DNA of 32,000 nucleotides from Candidatus Saccharimonadota bacterium. Its GTDB lineage: Bacteria > Patescibacteriota > Saccharimonadia > Saccharimonadales > Saccharimonadaceae. A program made the position numbers and the translations under genes. Within the stretch, counting starts at the first letter, position 1, and the number at the start of each line of letters is the position of its first letter. The notes beneath the pieces are model-generated. The model did not search any database. It had not been told where the DNA came from and was given only the letters and a program-made list of their open reading frames with translations. Positions 15,724-24,181 of this stretch are shown here, piece by piece. The stretch is taken from assembly GCA_023898645.1 (NCBI GenBank), contig CP060232.1:600001-632000 (forward strand), in the 5' to 3' direction.

Positions 15724-18224
15724 ATCAAGAGATCGTAAATGGCCTAGCTAAACTTCTACATAACCCAAGCATTGCCGGGCGGCGAATCGTTACCTGGTAC
15801 GACGCCGATGGGGCGAATGCTGAATATTTAGACGATATCAAACAGGCACTGCTGGATGACGGCATTGACGTCGAGATTGTTATCTTCGACGACAATCCGC
15901 TATTTGTGCGTTACCATGTACTAAATGAGGTGCGTGAGAGCAATGTCATCATCTACCGACCAACCGAACAGCCAGAGAGCGTCGATAATCAGTTGCTCGA
16001 CATCGAACTGGCCAACGCCAGCGACGTGTTTATACCAGACGAATCAACCCTGACGTTGACGGCGCTAGGGCTTTCCGACCAGTTCCGTGGTGTCGTGAAA
16101 CGCAATGGGCGATTCTTCAAAAACCAAAAGCGGGCTCGGGATATCAAGAAGTTTCTGCCCGTGAGTGAACCAAATGACTTACAGATGGCGATATTCGCCA
16201 CACTGTTTGACGCCAATGATGCCCGCCTAGAGCAGGTGTTGGCTGCGATATTCGTGAACTACAGGCAATCACGTGATGATTTTACCAACACACTGAAGTT
16301 TGTAGATAGCGAAGCACTCGCTAGCTTGTTGAGTGAGTATTTCGGGTCTCAAGCAGTCGATATCGAAAAGCTCGATAACTTGTGGGAATCGGTGCTCATC
16401 AGTTACTTCAAGTCTACGGTGAGCGCAGACATAGACTTCGGTAGGTTCAAGAGCTTTGTGCTGCCAAACCACGGTAACATCCGTATCTTTGTGCGCGATG
16501 TGATGCGCCTGTTTCCAGATGAGTTTACGGCGTTTTCCGCTGATGTTAACAAAAAGTTCGGTCTAGTTAGATTACTTGAAGGCCGTGAACTAGCGGAATA
16601 TATCGACAGCGACGCCTTCGCCGAGATTGACGATATCGTGATTACAGAGATGATCAAACGACTCTCAGACAAAGATGATATAGCTGAGCTGCTCCGTAGC
16701 CGCGAAGTCGGGTTTTACTATGTGGCGCGAAAAGCTGACTACCAGATGCTTGCTGCTGCCAACAACTTCCGCACCACAGCACGCCGAATCATGACAGAAG
16801 TAAAAAGCGTCGATCGAGACACCGCAATCTCGCGTTACGCCGACGAGTTATACAAAGTCGATACAGCCTACCGTCATTTTAACTATTACTATGACCGTAC
16901 CGATAAAACCGATGAGTACATGGAGCTGGCAAAGCAAATCGAGTATCTGTACGGCGAAGAATGGATGCTGAAGCTTGCCGAAAAATGGGAAGAATCTTCG
17001 GAGGGTGAAAACTGGACGGCAACCAAGCACTCAATACTCAGTGAGTTTTATAGCAAGTACCTAACACCGCACGACGATAAAAAAGACCGCGTATTCGTGA
17101 TTATATCTGACGGCCTACGCTACGAAGTCGCCAAAGAAATTGCCGAGCAGCAAAAACTAATTGCTACCGGTGGCGATATCTCGACCAGCTTCGCCCTAGC
17201 GCTGCTGCCGTCTATCACACCCGTTGGCATGGCGGCATTGCTCCCGCACGACAAACTAGAGTTTGACGGCGAAACAGTGCTGGCAGACGGCATGAAAACC
17301 GACGCCAGCAACCGCGACAAGGTGCTAAAAGCCGCCAACCCAGACAACTTGGCTATTAAATACGAAGAAGTCCGCGCCATGAAGAAGTCAGAGTGGAAAT
17401 CGTTCTTTTCTGGCAAAAAATACGTCTATATTTACCACGACAAAATCGACATCACCGGCGAGCACGACGACATGGCGACATTTGCCGCCGCGAGCGACGC
17501 GATTCGTGAAATCACTGATCTCATCACCGACCTACATACGACATTTAGCGGCGTTAATGTACTCGTCACTGCCGATCACGGGTTTTTCTACGAAACCGGC
17601 ACAGTAGAGTCACGACGCAAAATGCCGAAGATTCCCGAGGCTGGCAAGCAGAAAGCTCGCTATGCGATAACCGCCGCACCAGACAAGTCGGCTATGAGCT
17701 ACCGACTCAGTGATATGTTCGAAGGCAATACTAAGTACATCAATACGCCACACTCCAAGGTCATCTTTGCCAAGCAGGGTGGCGTCGGCCGATACTACCA
17801 TGGCGGCGCACTGCCACAAGAAGTCGTCGTACCGATTGTCAACTTCAAATCCTCACGCACCAGTACAGCTAGGGACAGAGTAGGAATTACCTATATCGGC
17901 ATCTCGCTCAAAATCACCAATACTATTACGCGTCTGCGCTTCCTGCAAAGCGAGCCAGTTAGTACTGACCGGATAGCTGGTCGCTACAAGGCGTGGTTTG
18001 AGGACGCTAGCGGTGCAAAAATATCCGACGAAGTAACGATCATAGCCGATTCGACCGAAAAGGATGCCGGAAGCCGCGAATATCAAGAGAAGTTTGTGTT
18101 TGCAGCGCGGCAGTACAGCCCGGAAGAGACATACTTCTTGGTGATTGAAGATGAAGATGGCGTAGAAGTTGAGCGAATAGATTTCAAGGTAGATATAGCA
18201 ATAACCAACGATTTAGGATTATAG
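15720..18224 (+). CDS. pglZ: BREX alkaline-phosphatase-superfamily protein PglZ
   Basis: 834 aa. PglZ-type motifs VFVIISDGLRYE and VTADHGF. ATGA overlap with pglX. Confidence 0.9.
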   Translation: MNQEIVNGLAKLLHNPSIAGRRIVTWYDADGANAEYLDDIKQALLDDGIDVEIVIFDDNPLFVRYHVLNEVRESNVIIYRPTEQPESVDNQLLDIELANASDVFIPDESTLTLTALGLSDQFRGVVKRNGRFFKNQKRARDIKKFLPVSEPNDLQMAIFATLFDANDARLEQVLAAIFVNYRQSRDDFTNTLKFVDSEALASLLSEYFGSQAVDIEKLDNLWESVLISYFKSTVSADIDFGRFKSFVLPNHGNIRIFVRDVMRLFPDEFTAFSADVNKKFGLVRLLEGRELAEYIDSDAFAEIDDIVITEMIKRLSDKDDIAELLRSREVGFYYVARKADYQMLAAANNFRTTARRIMTEVKSVDRDTAISRYADELYKVDTAYRHFNYYYDRTDKTDEYMELAKQIEYLYGEEWMLKLAEKWEESSEGENWTATKHSILSEFYSKYLTPHDDKKDRVFVIISDGLRYEVAKEIAEQQKLIATGGDISTSFALALLPSITPVGMAALLPHDKLEFDGETVLADGMKTDASNRDKVLKAANPDNLAIKYEEVRAMKKSEWKSFFSGKKYVYIYHDKIDITGEHDDMATFAAASDAIREITDLITDLHTTFSGVNVLVTADHGFFYETGTVESRRKMPKIPEAGKQKARYAITAAPDKSAMSYRLSDMFEGNTKYINTPHSKVIFAKQGGVGRYYHGGALPQEVVVPIVNFKSSRTSTARDRVGITYIGISLKITNTITRLRFLQSEPVSTDRIAGRYKAWFEDASGAKISDEVTIIADSTEKDAGSREYQEKFVFAARQYSPEETYFLVIEDEDGVEVERIDFKVDIAITNDLGL

Positions 18225-18231
18225 GAGGCGC

Positions 18232-20265
18232 ATGATGGACGAGATTGACACAAAACTAAACCAAGTATTTCCGGGAAGAGTTGTCCGTAAAGACCTGACG
18301 AAGAAAATCAAGGAAGGTGCCAATGTGCCAGTGTATGTGCTGGAGTATCTGCTAGGTATGTACTGTGCAACAGACGATCCGGTGGCCATCGAAGACGGCA
18401 TCGCAACAGTAAAGAAGATCCTAGCTGAGAACTTCGTCCGACCAGACGAAGCGCAAAAGGTGAAGAGTAAGATTCGTGAGCTCAAAAACTACACGGTTAT
18501 CGATAAAATCACCGTCAAGCTCAATGAAAAGAAGGATCGCTACGAGGCGGAGTTTAGTAACCTTGGCATCAAAGATGCTTACATTGATGCTGAGATTGTC
18601 AAAAAGTTCGAGAAGCTCTTGGTCGGTGGCATCTGGTGTATAACGAAGATTTCCTATTTTCATGACGAAGAAGAGCGCAATAATCTACCGTTTGTTGTCA
18701 ATGACATCAAGCCGATTCAGATGCCAAATATGGATCTAGAGGAAGTATTCAACGGCCGTCGTCAGTTTAGTAAAGACGAATGGATCGATGCGCTGATTCG
18801 TTCGATGGGCATGGAGCCATCACAGCTCGATACCCGCCAGAAATGGCACTTCCTAGAGCGTGCCGTGCCACTTGTTGAGAATAATTACAACTTGTGCGAG
18901 CTTGGCCCGCGCGGTACCGGTAAGTCACATATCTACAAAGAAATTTCACCGAACTCTATCTTGGTATCTGGTGGTCAAACGACTGTCGCTAATTTGTTCT
19001 ACAATATGTCGAATAAAACCGTTGGCCTCGTTGGGCTGTGGGATGTAGTAGCTTTTGACGAAGTTGCCGGAATTACCTTCAAAGACAAAGACGGCATCCA
19101 GATCATGAAAGATTACATGGCGTCTGGATCGTTTGCACGCGGTAAGGAAGAAAAGAACGCAACCGCTTCGATGGTATTCGTTGGCAATATCAACCAATCA
19201 GTCGAGGTAATACTAAAGACATCTAACTTGTTCGAGCCGTTCCCCGAAGCTATGAACCGCGATACCGCGTTCTTTGATCGCATGCATTACTATCTGCCGG
19301 GCTGGGAGATTCCAAAGATGCGACCAGAGCTTATTACGAATAGCTATGGGTTCATTGTTGATTACTTGGCAGAGTTCTTCCGCGAGATGCGCAAGCGCAC
19401 ACACAGCGATGCTATCGACAAGTACTTTAGGCTGGGCAAGGAGCTAAATCAACGAGACGTGATTGCGGTAAAAAAGACCGTCTCAGGACTTGTAAAATTA
19501 CTGTATCCGCACGGTGAATTTAGTAAGGACGAGATCGAGGAAGTTATTCGCTACGCTATCGAAGGTCGTCGTCGTGTCAAAGAGCAGCTGAAGCGAATCG
19601 GCGGCATGGAATTCTTTGACATTCACTTATCGTACATCGACAACGATAACGACGAGGAGCGAATCGTATCCGTACCCGAGATTAGCGGCGACAAGTTGAT
19701 TTCTGACACAGCGCTCAAGGCTGGTCATGCATACTTTGTTGGTCGTGGTACATCCGGGCAGATCGGCACCTTCCGTATCGAAACCGAGACTCCTGGCGGT
19801 AACGGCAAGATGTCTATCACCGGAATTGGCACTGATAGGCTTACGAAAGAATCGATCAACACAGCTTTTCACTATTTCAAGGCTAACCGCAAAAGCATCA
19901 GCGCCAGTATGAACGTCGATAGTAACGACTTCTTGATTCATATCGAAGACCTGCAAGGGGTAGGCCCAAGTAGCGAAATTGCACTCGCAACGTTTGTATC
20001 CCTCGTATCATCTTCGCTTAAGAAGCAGGTCAAAGAAGGCATGGTCGTGCTCGGCAACCTTACGATCGGTGGCACAATCAGCAAAGTCGATGACTTAGCT
20101 GACACGCTCGAAGTTTGTTTCGACGCCGGTGCTCGCACGATACTGCTACCAATGTCATCTGCTGCGGACATCTCCACCGTACCCGCCGAAACTTTCTCAA
20201 AGTTCAACATCAGCTTCTACAATGACCCCGAGGATGCTGTGCGAAAGGCGCTAGAGATCGGATAG
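18232..20265 (+). CDS. brxL: BREX Lon-like protease BrxL
   Basis: 677 aa. Walker A ELGPRGTGKSH, AAA-like core and a C-terminal Lon-protease-like domain. It lies 8 nt after pglZ. Confidence 0.9.
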   Translation: MMDEIDTKLNQVFPGRVVRKDLTKKIKEGANVPVYVLEYLLGMYCATDDPVAIEDGIATVKKILAENFVRPDEAQKVKSKIRELKNYTVIDKITVKLNEKKDRYEAEFSNLGIKDAYIDAEIVKKFEKLLVGGIWCITKISYFHDEEERNNLPFVVNDIKPIQMPNMDLEEVFNGRRQFSKDEWIDALIRSMGMEPSQLDTRQKWHFLERAVPLVENNYNLCELGPRGTGKSHIYKEISPNSILVSGGQTTVANLFYNMSNKTVGLVGLWDVVAFDEVAGITFKDKDGIQIMKDYMASGSFARGKEEKNATASMVFVGNINQSVEVILKTSNLFEPFPEAMNRDTAFFDRMHYYLPGWEIPKMRPELITNSYGFIVDYLAEFFREMRKRTHSDAIDKYFRLGKELNQRDVIAVKKTVSGLVKLLYPHGEFSKDEIEEVIRYAIEGRRRVKEQLKRIGGMEFFDIHLSYIDNDNDEERIVSVPEISGDKLISDTALKAGHAYFVGRGTSGQIGTFRIETETPGGNGKMSITGIGTDRLTKESINTAFHYFKANRKSISASMNVDSNDFLIHIEDLQGVGPSSEIALATFVSLVSSSLKKQVKEGMVVLGNLTIGGTISKVDDLADTLEVCFDAGARTILLPMSSAADISTVPAETFSKFNISFYNDPEDAVRKALEIG

Positions 20266-20274
20266 GTAGATATT

Positions 20275-22611
20275 ATGCCAATCACGAGAATAAAATCCAT
20301 CAAGCAGATAGGCCGATTCAAGAACTTTACCGGCGGCGGATCTGTACCACTAGCTAATCTTAATGACGGCAAAAATATAGCTGTTATTTATGGTGACAAT
20401 ACCTACGGCAAATCAACGCTTGCCGATATACTTCGCTCCACTAACCTTAGTAGCGACGTGGAAATTATTCGACGCAAAACAATCCCTAAAGATGACGGCT
20501 CAAACCAAAGCTTTGAGCTGTCATATCAGCATTCTGCTGCGAGTAGACAGGAAAGTGTCAAGTATGACCGAACGGCTTGGTCTAATAATGTCCTGGTGGG
20601 GAAAATATTAATTTTTGATCAGGAGTTTATCCATCAGAATATCTTTACAGGCATTCACCTCACACGAGACAATAAGGAGAATTTTACAGATTTTATACTA
20701 GGGGAAGAAGGAGTTAAAATCGGAGCAGAGATTGAGAGGCGGAACATTGCTTCAAAAAAATTCCCCGATGAGCTAAGACTAGTGAGGCCTGAATATGTCC
20801 GAGCCGAAGCTGATAATAAAAAGGTTGAGAGTTTTATTGGCCTTAATGTTACAGACAGTAGAAAAGCCTTAGAAGGTGAAATAGACACACAAAATAAGTT
20901 AATCAAGCGACTTAGCCGTGTCTCAGAGTTCACAAACCTGCAACCGCCAAAGTCGCAACCTGAAAGATATTCTACCACTTTCAACGGCTTAAAAGAGCTT
21001 ATTGCAAAGGTTAAAGCCTCTTCGTACGACGACGTATCTAGAGACGCACTTGACCAGATCCATGAGCGCCTCCAGCAGACTGATAGCCACTGGCTTGAGC
21101 AAGGAACCAAACATCTCCTAGGCGATAAATGTCCATACTGCACGCAAGACATACTACCGGTGAAATCACTAATAGATGCATACAAAACTGTGTTCGATAA
21201 AAAATACGACGAGTACGTGAGTAGCACCAATAAAGACATTCTTACAATTAAATCCACATTGAGCACACTATCTGCAACACAGCACTCCAAGCGGCTTAGC
21301 TTGGAGATTGAAAAGGTCAAGAAATACGCGCCATTCATTGGCGAGATTAAGGACCTTATTGTAACACTGGATACGCAACTTGAATCACTACAGGCATCCG
21401 AGTCTAACATGCGTAATTATATAGCTGAGTCGCTAGAGCAATCTGTCGACACTTTCGTGACTTATAAGAAAGAAAACATACATAAGCAATGCGACTACCC
21501 TGTAGCTATAGACGGATTAAGCAATATAATAGGCATCGCCGATAATAATAATGATCAGCTACAAAAGACCATTAGTGCATGTGCATCGGTTATCGAAACA
21601 AAGCGCGAAGAAGTTAGCAGATGGACTCCGGATGTAGTCACGGAAAACCGCAAAAAAGCCACCGACGCCATTTCCTTATGTGAAGCGAAGATTAATCGAC
21701 TAGATCAGGATGTACAATGCCGTACGTATGTCGCTAAACAGTTAGAGCAAAAAGAGTTTAAAGAATATACAGCTAAGCTTCAGGAAAAACTTGAAAGTGA
21801 ACAGTCGCATTATCTAGAAACTCTGTTTACCTCTATAAACGGATGGTTTAGCAAATTAGGCAGCCAAGATTTTAAACTAGATAAAAACCAGTCTAGGCGC
21901 GGCAATAAAACAGTGTACGAGCTTCGTGTGTTATTTTGCGATGAATTAGTCGACAACGATGACTTAAGCAAGGTATTTAGTGAGTCAGATCGTAGAAACT
22001 TAGCTCTTGCAGTTTATCTGTCTCGAGCCGAGCTATTAACTAAAGAAGATACAATCCTAGTGCTTGATGATCCTGTAGTAAGCTTCGACGATAATCGCAT
22101 ACGCGCCACCTGTGCTGAATTATCGCGGTTAGCCAAAGATTTTGAGCAGATAATCATTCTAACCCACTATAAGACAGTAATCAGGAGACTCCTTAAGAGC
22201 CGTGTAGGTGCCGTCTATTTAAAAGTTGAGAAAGACGGTACGGGGTCAAGGTTGGGGGTATTGAATACGAAAGATCTTCACTTGTCGGATCACGAACGAG
22301 CATACCTAAGACTGGCATCCTTTGTAAACGGCACCTCTAATGACCCTGGCGGCTTGCGCCAATTTATGGAAAAGCACATAGACCTAGTCTTTCAGCCTAA
22401 ACTGAGAGAGTTAGGGCTTAGCGATGCGATGCTGAGTGAAAAAATCTCATCTCTTGAAACTGCGGGAGAGATCGACTCTAGCACAAAAAGTAAGCTTGAC
22501 GGATTCAGGGACACACTCAATCCAGATCACCATAACGATGAAGAGGACGCGACTATTGAAGACATGAGGCTACTCACGAGATCCGTTCTTGAAGAAGTGT
22601 ATAAGCTTTGA
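20275..22611 (+). CDS. AAA_13-type ABC ATPase with CxxC hook, PrrC/RloC-like (possible anticodon nuclease)
   Basis: Walker A GDNTYGKST, signature-like FSESDRRNLALAVYLS, Walker B ILVLDDPVVSFD, H-loop IIILTHY. Long coiled-coil insert carrying CPYC (aa 286-289). C-terminal R695-x3-E699 and H752/H753. Starts 9 nt after brxL. Confidence 0.65.
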   Translation: MPITRIKSIKQIGRFKNFTGGGSVPLANLNDGKNIAVIYGDNTYGKSTLADILRSTNLSSDVEIIRRKTIPKDDGSNQSFELSYQHSAASRQESVKYDRTAWSNNVLVGKILIFDQEFIHQNIFTGIHLTRDNKENFTDFILGEEGVKIGAEIERRNIASKKFPDELRLVRPEYVRAEADNKKVESFIGLNVTDSRKALEGEIDTQNKLIKRLSRVSEFTNLQPPKSQPERYSTTFNGLKELIAKVKASSYDDVSRDALDQIHERLQQTDSHWLEQGTKHLLGDKCPYCTQDILPVKSLIDAYKTVFDKKYDEYVSSTNKDILTIKSTLSTLSATQHSKRLSLEIEKVKKYAPFIGEIKDLIVTLDTQLESLQASESNMRNYIAESLEQSVDTFVTYKKENIHKQCDYPVAIDGLSNIIGIADNNNDQLQKTISACASVIETKREEVSRWTPDVVTENRKKATDAISLCEAKINRLDQDVQCRTYVAKQLEQKEFKEYTAKLQEKLESEQSHYLETLFTSINGWFSKLGSQDFKLDKNQSRRGNKTVYELRVLFCDELVDNDDLSKVFSESDRRNLALAVYLSRAELLTKEDTILVLDDPVVSFDDNRIRATCAELSRLAKDFEQIIILTHYKTVIRRLLKSRVGAVYLKVEKDGTGSRLGVLNTKDLHLSDHERAYLRLASFVNGTSNDPGGLRQFMEKHIDLVFQPKLRELGLSDAMLSEKISSLETAGEIDSSTKSKLDGFRDTLNPDHHNDEEDATIEDMRLLTRSVLEEVYKL

Positions 22612-22716
22612 CTGTTCGATTTGTCGTCGTGGACGCTACGCACCTAGGATAAAACATTGACCATTCGCCATTTTATATGCTACATTTATTTTTGAAGGGT
22701 CTTGTATGATACTTAC

Positions 22717-22752
22717 GACGCTCCGAGGGTATATCCTTCGGCGCGTCTTTTT
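22717..22752 (+). terminator. Rho-independent terminator closing the seven-gene operon
   Basis: 13-position stem at 22717-22729 / 22735-22747 (one mismatch, one G-T), loop TATAT, then TTTTT at 22748-22752. Confidence 0.7.
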
Positions 22753-22835
22753 ATATTATCGGCAGTGTATCGGTCTTCAACGAAGTTCAGACCTACCTCT
22801 CGTTTGAACGATTTGCCGCAAACGGAAGGTTGCCT

Positions 22836-23186
22836 ATGCCAACACGTACAAGACGACGCTTACGGGAGCATACGGTGGGACTATTGGCGCGCAAATGGAC
22901 GCTAAAGATTGCAACGGCTCTCAGTAGTGAAACCATGCGTCACTCTGAGATTGCGAGGTGCTTGCCTGGCATCACACAAAAAGTATTGACCGAAACACTC
23001 CGCGAAATGGAGCGGACTGGTATTGTTGAACGAGAGGTATACCCAATCGTGCCACCAAAGGTTGAGTATAGACTTACTAGCGTAGGGATTGAGTTGCTAA
23101 AATTATCTCAAGAATTTGCCAGTTGGTTCGATACACATCACGAAAACATACATAAGGCCAAGCGAATCTACGACCGACACTCGTAA
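22836..23186 (+). CDS. HxlR-family winged-helix transcriptional regulator
   Basis: LLARKWTLKIATALSSETMRHSEIARCLPGITQKVLTETLREMERTGIVEREVYPIVPPKVEYRLT is a typical HxlR-type HTH. The ATG at 22836 has SD GGAAGG. The track starts at the TTG at 22830. Confidence 0.8.
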   Translation: MPTRTRRRLREHTVGLLARKWTLKIATALSSETMRHSEIARCLPGITQKVLTETLREMERTGIVEREVYPIVPPKVEYRLTSVGIELLKLSQEFASWFDTHHENIHKAKRIYDRHS

Positions 23187-23265
23187 TCATATGAAATTAT
23201 TTCCACTTCGATTTTTCTAACAGAAATGTCGAAGTTACGTCAAACTTGTTTTGACGGCTTGGTGC

Positions 23266-23577
23266 TTAAAGTGCCTTGTGCTGCTCGATCGCATCCAATA
23301 CTTCACGATGACGTAACTTATCACGTTTACTCTTGCGCCTGCCTCGTGTAAATAACCTAAAGATAAAGAAGAATACACCAAACAGTATATACATCACAAA
23401 GTACCAGCACAGAACAAAGATCCATGCGCCCATGATGAGCGTTATTGCAATCAAAGCCAAGGCGAACTTGGTGATAGGATTCTCGACGTTAGTAATCTTC
23501 CAGATGCGCTGAGCCGATCCACTAAAGGATAGCGGTGCCGATACGACGACTTTTTCAGATGCTAATTTGCGTGTCAT
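23266..23577 (-). CDS. Small membrane protein with two predicted TM helices
   Basis: Hydrophobic stretches FALALIAITLIMGAWIFVLCWYF and MYILFGVFFFIF followed by a basic tail. SD AGGAG before the ATG. Confidence 0.5.
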   Translation of the reverse strand: MTRKLASEKVVVSAPLSFSGSAQRIWKITNVENPITKFALALIAITLIMGAWIFVLCWYFVMYILFGVFFFIFRLFTRGRRKSKRDKLRHREVLDAIEQHKAL

Positions 23578-23599
23578 ACTCCTATTCTACAGCATGGCA

Positions 23600-23628
23600 A
23601 TTCTATATATATGTCACGTGTATTTCAA
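23600..23628 (-). promoter_or_regulatory. Promoter for the 23266..23577 gene
   Basis: On the minus strand: TTGAAA (23628-23623), 17-nt spacer, TAGAAT (23605-23600). Confidence 0.4.
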
Positions 23629-23694
23629 AAAGATTTTTGCATACAATTTCATCTTGCTAGTGTTTTCGACTTCGCTCGACTCGCTATCTTAAAA

Positions 23695-23720
23695 CCATAG
23701 GTACTCCAAAGTACCTATGG
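23695..23720. promoter_or_regulatory. Perfect palindrome upstream of the T4SS operon (operator or oriT-type inverted repeat)
   Basis: CCATAGGTACT-ccaa-AGTACCTATGG (11-bp arms). AGTACC recurs at 23737-23742 and 23748-23753. Confidence 0.4.
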
Positions 23721-23827
23721 CACTTTTAGGGTATTTAGTACCCCTAAAGTACCTTATTGTAGTAAGTTTCCACCTCTGATACTTTTATGCTAAGTGGGAT
23801 AGTAACTAAATTTGAGAGGGAGATATA

Positions 23828-24172
23828 GTGGGGCTAAAAAAGACACAATACATCGTAGCACTTATTATCGCAGTCGGTCTGCCATTCATTTTGGCTGATC
23901 CTGCATTTGCACAAACACCGGGCGGCGTAAGTAACGTCGAAAACTTTATACGGAGCGTAATCACCGTTCTGGCAGGACTTGCCGGTCTGGTTGCGACCGG
24001 CTTTTTTGTCGCTGGTGGATTCACCTATATCACGAGTTCGGGTAATCCTGAGCAGCTCGACAAGGCAAAGCGTACACTGACTTGGTCAGCAATCGGACTG
24101 GCTATCGTTATCGCTGCTTTTGTCCTAGCTAACATCGTCACGACACTCGCAACACAGGCGTTCGGAGGATAA
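23828..24172 (+). CDS. T4SS pilin (VirB2/TrbC-like, Gram-positive/CPR type)
   Basis: Signal peptide ending AFAQ, two hydrophobic helices, and the motif GGFTYITSSGNPEQLDKAKRTL. GTG start with SD GAGGGAG. Confidence 0.7.
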   Translation: MGLKKTQYIVALIIAVGLPFILADPAFAQTPGGVSNVENFIRSVITVLAGLAGLVATGFFVAGGFTYITSSGNPEQLDKAKRTLTWSAIGLAIVIAAFVLANIVTTLATQAFGG

Positions 24173-24181
24173 TCAAAAACC

